From IMG/VR virus record IMGVR_UViG_3300016464_000391, positions 1-40,594 of that record: a stretch of 40,594 nt of DNA. One strand, given 5' to 3'. The position numbers and the translations under genes are program-made. The notes under the pieces are model-generated. The model made no database searches. It saw only the letters and a program-made list of their open reading frames with translations, and was not told where the DNA came from. This document shows, one piece after another, positions 34,130 to 40,594 of the stretch. The stretch comes from a virus (Duplodnaviria; Caudoviricetes). Numbering within the stretch: position 1 is the first letter of the stretch; each line of letters begins with the position of its first letter.

Positions 34130-37048
34130 ATGCTATTCACACAACTATTTGAATCAGACTTCGATGGCAAAAAGCCATTGTCCGAAACACATGACGACTA
34201 CGAAGATTGCAGCTATTGCAGCGGCACAGGCGAAGGTCGGTATGAAGGTCAAAGTTGCTCACACTGCGGTGGGTCAGGTGTGGAACCTGCGGAACAAGAC
34301 GATGATGATTTTGACATGCCCGATGATGACTATGTAGATTCAGGTGATGAAGAAAGCTACTATGAAAAGAGTTTGCGCAGCAGAGGTCTAGGCGAAGGCC
34401 AAGGCGACTTCGAAAAAGCACTAGATACACTAAGCGGAAGTTATAGTGGATGGTATCCCGACGAACAGCAATCCGACCCAGATGTCAAAACTTATTGGTA
34501 TGATGACGGCGAAGGCGGTTATTATGCCAGCGGCAATATTGAACAAAATCTACGCACCGGAGAGATCACAGTTGACTTTGAAGATAAAGATGGATACCAC
34601 GGCGGAGATGTTCAAGGCACATTTGCCAACATGGGCGCAGCCATGCGAGCATTACGAGGTGGTCCCGGAAGTCACGGCGGCCGGGCACCTAACTACGACA
34701 GATTGGCACAACGCACACAGTATGGCCCAGATGACTTGCGTAAGACAGACCGAACTGGTCGCAAGGGCACAGTAAGCGGCGGATTTGCCAATGCTCGCAA
34801 AGCATCAATACAACACAGTTTAGGAAAACACGGCCCCAAGGGCGTGTTGCCAGAGTCGGGTGTAGCGGAAGGCATCTTTGGTTCTAAACAAAGCCCTGCA
34901 TTGCCAGTGGTCAATAAAATTGCCAGTGTGGCCAGCAAACTCAATGCACAGAATGTTGATGCTGGTCGTCAGATTATTCAAAGCCATGCTGCTGAACTAG
35001 AACGTATGTTGAATCCACAAGCCAAGACTGGTGTTGATGTGATTGAGCAAGACATAGCAGAAGCAGGTGCAAATACAAAAAGTTTCAGATCAGGTTATAG
35101 CAAGCGCAAAGATACAAAGCCGTTGAGTCCAGAAGAGCAAGCTGCCAAAGACAAAGCCAAATCTGACAAGTGGTTAGAAAAAGAACGTGCCAAGATGGCT
35201 GCTAAAAAAAGTATGGCGAAAAACTTAGACGAATTTGCCCCAGGTCGGTCAGGCGACAGCGGCAACTATTTTCAAGAGTTGGCCAGAGCTTGGTATAACG
35301 GAGTTTATGATTCAGGTAGCTTACAAAAAGGTATCAAAACCAATCAAGACATTGAACGTTTGTTGCAACGTGGTGTTGTGGCACCAGATGGAAAAACACG
35401 CAAATACAACATTGACTACAACTCAGACTTTGATGGTGTGATTATATTCAGTGATGACTATTATGAGCACGGTGACGAAAATGATGCCGGTCAAGACATA
35501 GATATTCGAACCGGTCAAGTCTGGGGACCATATGACTACATGGTGTTTAGTCACGACGAACTCAGTGAAAGTGTGGCAGAAGAAGTAAAACTACCTTATC
35601 CAGTGCGTTCAGAAAAACTGGGTCGTGCCAACATGGAACTGTTGATTCGTGCCTACAACGAGCCCACCGGCCCGAGAACTACACTGAGTTTTGGCAATCG
35701 TATTCTTGAACTAGATCGCGACGACGTTGAAGCCATTGCACAATACTACGACAATGTGTTAAGAGACGACAATGCACGTTGGAATTTTATCACAGGTATC
35801 ATGAGTGACCCCGACGGGTTAACAGATACACTGGTCAAGCTAGGTCGAAGAAAAACTCAAGCTGTTCGTCAGCCAGGTTTGTTTCAAGAAGCAGATAAAA
35901 AAAAAGAAGATGATATTGAACCGCAGGTAAAAGATGTAGCTCTACAACGAGCTATAACTCGCGCCAAGGCTGATTTTCCCACAGCTGGCACAGGCATTGA
36001 GGCTCTAGCCAAAGATTTCATGCGCAGTCAAGATCAAGACCAAAAATCGTTTGATCAAATCCGTCAGGCAGAGCGCCAGCAAAGCCAAATATTAAACCAA
36101 ATTAACAAAATTGATCAAGAACAAGAAAAAGAAATCAAAGATCTTGAGTCACAAAATTCAGGCTTGGCCAGTCGGTTACAACAATTGCAATCAGTGAACA
36201 GTCGACTTGAAAAGAAGTTGGCTGCAATGAGTGGACGCAAGGCCAAGACTAAAGACGTAGAACCTATGCCAGTGTCGTTTGCATCATCTGGCACCCCAGA
36301 GCCAGTGGTCAAAGGCCAGCCACAGAAGAAAAAACCTGCTAAAGCTGCCAAGAGCAAGGCTTCTAAGATTACTAAACCTTCTGCACCTGCACAAATCGCT
36401 CGAACAGAACCAACCCAACCAAGTGCTATATCAAGCATGACAAGGCAATTGACAACACAGCACCCAGATGTTTTAGAACCAGCGGCAGATTTTGTTAGAG
36501 GTGCGGCACCGAGATTTAGCACAGTTGGAGCACAAGATGTTGTTCCAAGAACTCCTAGACAAGTTTCATCACAAGCTGCCCAAGATATTTCAAAAGGTCG
36601 TATGGCAGACATGACAGGATCTGCACCTGCTTACACATCTGCAGATACTGATGAATTACGAAAAATACAGCAAGATCAAATGGCTATGAGAGAAGATAAC
36701 AAAGAATCTAAACCTGAGCGACCTGAAGCAGATTATGGCGATGAATATCAGGCCATGGTCCAGCGTGTGGGACAAAAGGCCAAACAAGGTCCACGCAAAA
36801 CTGTGTGGGATCCTGTAAAGAGAGTGTATAAAACTGTGCCAGTGAATCCAGTCAAAGAACAAGAGCCAGGAAATCGTGCCGGATACAATGCTATCAAAAG
36901 CGTAAACGACTGGGCAGAAAAATTGCGAACCATGCAAGAGCTACAAAAAGATGTTAAACTCATGGCAGATCCAGAAGCCCGAACCGCAGTCCAGCAACGC
37001 ATAGGCGAATTGTTAAAGTTTGGTATTCAGCAAGGCTATACAAAGTGA
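34130..37048 (+). CDS. 972-aa modular protein with CTS-like start, DnaJ-type Zn finger and coiled coil
   Basis: MLFTQLFE; CSYCSGTG...CSHCGGSG; junctions LGE, GVAE, IAE, LDE/FAPG, SVAE, FQE, MRE, VKE. Confidence 0.8.
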   Translation: MLFTQLFESDFDGKKPLSETHDDYEDCSYCSGTGEGRYEGQSCSHCGGSGVEPAEQDDDDFDMPDDDYVDSGDEESYYEKSLRSRGLGEGQGDFEKALDTLSGSYSGWYPDEQQSDPDVKTYWYDDGEGGYYASGNIEQNLRTGEITVDFEDKDGYHGGDVQGTFANMGAAMRALRGGPGSHGGRAPNYDRLAQRTQYGPDDLRKTDRTGRKGTVSGGFANARKASIQHSLGKHGPKGVLPESGVAEGIFGSKQSPALPVVNKIASVASKLNAQNVDAGRQIIQSHAAELERMLNPQAKTGVDVIEQDIAEAGANTKSFRSGYSKRKDTKPLSPEEQAAKDKAKSDKWLEKERAKMAAKKSMAKNLDEFAPGRSGDSGNYFQELARAWYNGVYDSGSLQKGIKTNQDIERLLQRGVVAPDGKTRKYNIDYNSDFDGVIIFSDDYYEHGDENDAGQDIDIRTGQVWGPYDYMVFSHDELSESVAEEVKLPYPVRSEKLGRANMELLIRAYNEPTGPRTTLSFGNRILELDRDDVEAIAQYYDNVLRDDNARWNFITGIMSDPDGLTDTLVKLGRRKTQAVRQPGLFQEADKKKEDDIEPQVKDVALQRAITRAKADFPTAGTGIEALAKDFMRSQDQDQKSFDQIRQAERQQSQILNQINKIDQEQEKEIKDLESQNSGLASRLQQLQSVNSRLEKKLAAMSGRKAKTKDVEPMPVSFASSGTPEPVVKGQPQKKKPAKAAKSKASKITKPSAPAQIARTEPTQPSAISSMTRQLTTQHPDVLEPAADFVRGAAPRFSTVGAQDVVPRTPRQVSSQAAQDISKGRMADMTGSAPAYTSADTDELRKIQQDQMAMREDNKESKPERPEADYGDEYQAMVQRVGQKAKQGPRKTVWDPVKRVYKTVPVNPVKEQEPGNRAGYNAIKSVNDWAEKLRTMQELQKDVKLMADPEARTAVQQRIGELLKFGIQQGYTK

Positions 37049-37623
37049 TACTCAACGAACTTTATGCACTGGAAGAGTCAAGTGGATACAGTCTTCAAGG
37101 CAGTTTCACACATGACTTGACTACAAGTAAAGTTTGGCTCATACAAGAATTAGCACGGATCAAACCTACGATCACTACATTGTATATTTTGGGTTCATGG
37201 TATGGTAATCTAGCACTTTATATGACCCTCGATCCAGAAGTAAAAGTTAAAAAATTTATCAACGTAGAAACTGATCAAAGCATGCTGGATCAAAGCAAAC
37301 GCATGTTGGATCATGTGGGTGCTCGCAATATTGAATACATGTTCAAAGACGCTAATGACTTGGACTATCGTCAATTGGGAATGGATGGTGCAGTGATCAA
37401 TACCAGTTTGACTGACATAGACGGTGAAGATTGGTTTCGTAACATACCCGATGGCACATTGGTAGTAATGCAGGCCAGAGATCACGATCCCGGCTATCAA
37501 TACCACAGCACTGATGACATACTCCAAAAGTTTCCGTTGAGTCAGGTCATGTATCAAGGCAAATTAAAATTAAAAGATCCTGAAACACATTATCATAGAT
37601 TCATGGTAATAGGACGCAGATGA
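37045..37623 (+). CDS. Class I SAM-dependent methyltransferase-like protein with CTS-like start
   Basis: MILNELYALEE; ILGSWYG (motif I variant), NVETD, DAN, VINTS. Confidence 0.65.
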   Translation: MILNELYALEESSGYSLQGSFTHDLTTSKVWLIQELARIKPTITTLYILGSWYGNLALYMTLDPEVKVKKFINVETDQSMLDQSKRMLDHVGARNIEYMFKDANDLDYRQLGMDGAVINTSLTDIDGEDWFRNIPDGTLVVMQARDHDPGYQYHSTDDILQKFPLSQVMYQGKLKLKDPETHYHRFMVIGRR

Positions 37624-38330
37624 TTGAACTATTGTATTTGCTGATTACCACACATATAACTATCGTGTGTGTCACTGTGTTCTTGCATAGAGGACAAGCA
37701 CATCGAGGCATAGAGTTTCATCCTGTGCTGAGTCATTTCATGCGATTTTGGTTATGGCTGACCACAGGTATGCAAACCAAGCAATGGGTAGCTATACATC
37801 GGAAACACCATAGATACAGCGATCAACCGGGAGATCCGCATAGTCCACATGTATTTGGAATATGGCGAGTATTAACACAAGGAGCACTATTATATCATGC
37901 AGCATCAAAAGATAAAGATATGGTTGATACATATGGTGTTGGCACTCCTTCTGATTGGATGGAGCACAACATATACACACCTCACAGTAGACTTGGCATT
38001 GGCATTCTCTTTGTGTTCAACTGCTGGTTATTCGGTTGGGTTGGTGCCTTGATATGGGGCATACAAATGATCTGGATTCCTTTTTGGGCCGCAGGAGTTA
38101 TCAACGGATTGGCACACTGGTGGGGGTATAGAAATGGATCGACATCTGATCACAGCCGTAATATTGTTCCTTGGGGAATTGTTGTGGGAGGCGAAGAACT
38201 ACATAACAACCATCATCTCCGCCCTGCCAATACTAAATTAAGCCAACGTTGGTTTGAATTTGATATTGGTTGGATGTATATAAATGTGTTTAAGTGGCTT
38301 GGCCTGCTTAAACTAAAGAACACACCTTAG
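37620..38330 (+). CDS. Membrane fatty-acid (delta-9 acyl-CoA-type) desaturase
   Basis: Three His boxes HRGQAH, HRKHH, HNNHH; DPHSP; GEELHNNHH; FDIGW. Confidence 0.93.
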   Translation: MIELLYLLITTHITIVCVTVFLHRGQAHRGIEFHPVLSHFMRFWLWLTTGMQTKQWVAIHRKHHRYSDQPGDPHSPHVFGIWRVLTQGALLYHAASKDKDMVDTYGVGTPSDWMEHNIYTPHSRLGIGILFVFNCWLFGWVGALIWGIQMIWIPFWAAGVINGLAHWWGYRNGSTSDHSRNIVPWGIVVGGEELHNNHHLRPANTKLSQRWFEFDIGWMYINVFKWLGLLKLKNTP

Positions 38331-38394
38331 GGCCGTGTCGGCGGCTGCTGCCGAACAAACAGGATTCGCTACCCTTTAGTTTGTTGAAGTGAGC
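38322..38394. ncRNA. Candidate structured RNA element with three adjacent stems
   Basis: ACAC/GTGT, TCGGCGG/CTGCCGA, AACAAAC-AGG/CCT-GTTTGTT; GC-rich relative to its flanks; family and strand not identified. Confidence 0.4.
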
Positions 38395-38403
38395 CAAATA
38401 CAT

Positions 38404-38432
38404 TTGACATCTCCTAACGCACAGTGTATACT
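38404..38432 (+). promoter_or_regulatory. Near-consensus sigma70 promoter
   Basis: TTGACA-17 nt-TATACT, followed by AGGAG SD and ATG 38454. Confidence 0.85.
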
Positions 38433-38453
38433 TGTGTTTTAGGAGATTTCTTT

Positions 38454-38714
38454 ATGTCAACAAAAACTTTCAACGGCGATCAAAAGATCAAACTTACCCA
38501 AATCATCAATGAAGGCATGCAAGTCATGCACGAAATTGACACGCTACAAGGTGGACTCAACGACACTATCAAAGCCGTTGCAGAAGAATTGGAAGTCAAA
38601 CCTGCTATTCTTAAAAAGGCCATCAAGCTGGCACACAAGGCCGAGTTTGGCAAAGAAAAGCAAGACCACGAAACTTTGGAAACTATTTTAGAAACCGTTG
38701 GTAAAACTCTGTAA
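38454..38714 (+). CDS. Small helical dsDNA-binding protein, T4 DsbA-like
   Basis: 86 aa; pattern L...I.E...I......D....EEL.V..........HK resembles T4 DsbA/GapR; AGGAG SD. Confidence 0.65.
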   Translation: MSTKTFNGDQKIKLTQIINEGMQVMHEIDTLQGGLNDTIKAVAEELEVKPAILKKAIKLAHKAEFGKEKQDHETLETILETVGKTL

Positions 38715-38723
38715 AGGTCAAAA

Positions 38724-39317
38724 ATGGCATTAGTCCCCATGGTGCTGGAACAAACCAGCAAAGGCGAACGCAGTTATGATATCTACAGTCGCTTGCTTCG
38801 AGATAGAGTTATCCTGCTGGAAGGCGAAGTGCATGATCAAATGGCCAACTTGATTGTGGCTCAACTGCTGTTCTTGGAAAGCGAAGAGCCTAACAAAGAT
38901 ATCTATATGTATATCAACTCGCCCGGTGGCTCTGTGACAGCAGGCATGGCAATTTATGATACCATGCAATTCATTCGCCCAGACATTCAAACCATTGTAA
39001 TGGGGCAGGCTTGCAGTATGGGCTCATTGTTGGCCCAAGCTGGTGCAGCCGGCAAACGCATGATGTTGCCCAATGCACGACACATGATTCACCAACCAAG
39101 TGGCGGCGCTCGTGGCATGCAATCAGATATTGAAATCTCTTACAAAGAAATCACTTATTTGAAAAAGCGATTGACTGAGATCTACGTTCAGCACAATTCA
39201 GCAGGCAAAACCTACGAGGACTTTGAACGGGACATGGATCGCGACAAATTTATGTCAGCCGAAGAAGCATTAAATTATGGACTCGTCGACAAAGTGATAA
39301 CTAAACGTGAAGTTTAA
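38724..39317 (+). CDS. clpP: ATP-dependent Clp protease proteolytic subunit
   Basis: [18 protein letters not shown], catalytic Ser (ACSMGS), His (MIHQP) and Asp (DRD). Confidence 0.97.
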   Translation: MALVPMVLEQTSKGERSYDIYSRLLRDRVILLEGEVHDQMANLIVAQLLFLESEEPNKDIYMYINSPGGSVTAGMAIYDTMQFIRPDIQTIVMGQACSMGSLLAQAGAAGKRMMLPNARHMIHQPSGGARGMQSDIEISYKEITYLKKRLTEIYVQHNSAGKTYEDFERDMDRDKFMSAEEALNYGLVDKVITKREV

Positions 39318-39330
39318 AATTCACCGCCTC

Positions 39331-39376
39331 GCCCACGACACGGGCATGTATCACGGCTTACCGGCCATAAACGGAG
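39331..39376 (+). promoter_or_regulatory. Hairpin(s) directly upstream of the DNA polymerase SD; possible translational operator
   Basis: GCCC-ACGACAC-GGGC (39331-45), weaker GGC/GCC (39355-66), GGAG at 39373-76. Confidence 0.35.
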
Positions 39377-39380
39377 TTAA

Positions 39381-40594
39381 ATGAGTTACGTAGACGCACT
39401 ATTTGATCGTGAACACGATCGCATTCATGTTGTAGAACGCAAAAACGGCGTTCGCACATATCAAGAGTTTCCAGCAAACTACATCTTCTATTACGACGAT
39501 CCTCGTGGTAAGTTTCAAAGTATCTATGGCAATCCAGTAAGCCGATTTAGCACAAGAAACAACAAAGAGTTTCGCAAAGAAATCCGTATTCAAAGCGGCA
39601 AGCAACTTTATGAATCGGATATCAACCCTATCTTTAGATGCTTGGAAGAAAACTACAAGGGCGCAGACGCCCCAAAACTACACACAGCGTTTTTCGACAT
39701 TGAGGTCGACTTTGATCCCGAAAAGGGTTATAGCCGACCCGAAGATCCGTTTAACAAGATCACTGCAATCTCTGTTTACTTAGACTGGTTAGAGCAACTG
39801 GTCACGTTGGCCATTCCTCCCAAACACATGAGCATGGAAACAGCTCAAGAAATTGCTTCGGAGTTTGAAAACTGCTTGCTTTTTGAGCACGAAGAAGACA
39901 TGCTCAAAACTTTCCTAGATCTTATCGATGATGCTGATGCACTATCTGGTTGGAACTCAGAAGGTTTTGATATTCCATACACAGTTATGCGTACTACTCG
40001 TGTGTTAAGCAAAGACGACACACGCAGATTCTGCTTGTGGGGGCAACTGCCCAAGCAACGTATGTTCGAACGCTTTGGTGCAGAGAATATAACATTTGAC
40101 TTGATCGGTCGTGTGCATATGGACTATATGCAACTGTATCGCAAATACACATACGAAGAGCGTCATTCATATAGTTTAGATGCTATTGGTGAATACGAGC
40201 TGGATGAACGCAAGGTTGCGTTTGAAGGCACGTTGGATCAACTATACAATCAAAACTTTAAAACGTTTATTGACTACAACCGACAAGATACTATGTTGTT
40301 GGCACGCCTAGACAAGAAATTGAAGTTTTTGGATCTAGCAAATACACTGGCTCACGAAAACACAGTGTTGCTTCAGACTACCATGGGCGCTGTGGCAGTG
40401 ACTGAGCAGGCCATCATTAACGAAGCCCACGAACGTGGCATGGTAGTTCCTAACCGTAAAGAAAGACTCACCGATGAAGACACGCAAGCCGCAGGTGCCT
40501 ATGTTGCTTATCCCAAAAAAGGCATCCACGAATACATTGGCTCCATTGACATTAACTCGCTCTATCCCTCGGCGATCCGTGCTCTTAACATGGG
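39381..40594 (+). CDS. Family B DNA polymerase (T4 gp43-like), 3'-truncated by window end
   Basis: Translated by hand: ExoI FFDIEVD, ExoII GWNSEGFDIPY, ExoIII YNRQD, polymerase motif A SIDINSLYPS; absent from the track because it has no stop in the window. Confidence 0.95.
   Translation, partial: MSYVDALFDREHDRIHVVERKNGVRTYQEFPANYIFYYDDPRGKFQSIYGNPVSRFSTRNNKEFRKEIRIQSGKQLYESDINPIFRCLEENYKGADAPKLHTAFFDIEVDFDPEKGYSRPEDPFNKITAISVYLDWLEQLVTLAIPPKHMSMETAQEIASEFENCLLFEHEEDMLKTFLDLIDDADALSGWNSEGFDIPYTVMRTTRVLSKDDTRRFCLWGQLPKQRMFERFGAENITFDLIGRVHMDYMQLYRKYTYEERHSYSLDAIGEYELDERKVAFEGTLDQLYNQNFKTFIDYNRQDTMLLARLDKKLKFLDLANTLAHENTVLLQTTMGAVAVTEQAIINEAHERGMVVPNRKERLTDEDTQAAGAYVAYPKKGIHEYIGSIDINSLYPSAIRALNM

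Noticed and set aside
34205-34281. CxxCxGxG pair as a second dnaJ gene or a split-off part of the 19502 DnaJ
   Set aside because: There is no J domain or HPD nearby, and such Zn ribbons are common stand-alone modules.
6775-35584. Short repeats as a CRISPR array or IS/MITE ends
   Set aside because: The repeats are 8-21 nt, direct, in-frame and dispersed in coding sequence. There is no regular spacer period, no inverted termini, and no cas or transposase gene.
35897-35905. A9 run as a frameshift or phase-variation site
   Set aside because: It encodes KKK in a frame that stays open for another 1.1 kb, with no supported alternative-frame product.
38322-38394. Pistol ribozyme (loop TTAGGGCC resembles the pistol P1 loop)
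   Set aside because: The required pseudoknot partner GCCCTAA and the AAATA linker after P1 are absent on this strand; only CCCT is available.
19502-39317. Interpretation as a bacterial chromosome because of dnaJ, clpA, clpP, dps and the desaturase
   Set aside because: These genes are interleaved with T4-like replication, lysis and late-promoter features and lack their usual bacterial neighbours (clpS, clpX, tig, dnaK).
40-40529. Numerous minus-strand and alternate-frame ORFs in the track (e.g. 610..954, 23151..23615, 25798..26289, 36115..36612, 39399..39605)
   Set aside because: They lie wholly within well-supported genes, lack motifs and RBS, and are best explained as shadow ORFs.
39381-40594. 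Apparent ORF-free region or pseudogene at the window end; possible intein or intron in the polymerase
   Set aside because: The frame from ATG 39381 is open to the edge with Exo I-III and motif A at plausible spacing; it is simply truncated by the window.
1-40594. tRNA genes or stop-codon reassignment, both common in jumbo phages
   Set aside because: No cloverleaf or T-loop signature was seen in the short intergenic gaps. Recognisable genes are full length in the standard code, ending in TAA, TGA or TAG.

Overview
This window reads as part of a large lytic T4-like (jumbo-type) myovirus genome, not a bacterial chromosome. It is gene-dense, almost all + strand, with frequent ATGA/TAATG stop-start overlaps and the standard genetic code. 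Core phage genes are a gp44/RFC-like clamp loader, PhoH, a DsbA-like DNA-binding protein, a family B DNA polymerase (truncated by the window end), a GH19 endolysin, i-/o-spanins and a probable holin. Auxiliary genes include a Bug/TctC solute-binding protein, a sulfation-like cluster (two sulfotransferase-like ORFs, a 2OG-Fe(II) oxygenase, an APS kinase/HxGH-transferase fusion, DUF2061), an amidinotransferase, a radical SAM enzyme, DnaJ, ClpA, ClpP, Dps and a fatty-acid desaturase. The most striking signal is a family of about ten ORFs that start with a T4 internal-protein-like capsid-targeting peptide (e.g. MRAQEFVTE, MRAGEFISE). They are built from unrelated modules joined at recurring prohead-protease-like sites (LNE/FAPG, [S/G]VAE). 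Several junctions are also repeated in the DNA: an exact 15-nt direct repeat flanks one 84-codon module and a GTGGCGGA motif flanks another. I infer an in-frame cassette-shuffling system for virion-packaged cargo, with ART-like, nucleotidyltransferase, peptidase, amidoligase and ParB-like modules. Also visible are TAAATA late-promoter motifs that would often give leaderless mRNAs, SD-sequestering hairpins overlapping late promoters, and a candidate structured RNA. No tRNA, rRNA, CRISPR array or integrase/transposase was seen. All family calls come from motif recognition by eye, not database searches.
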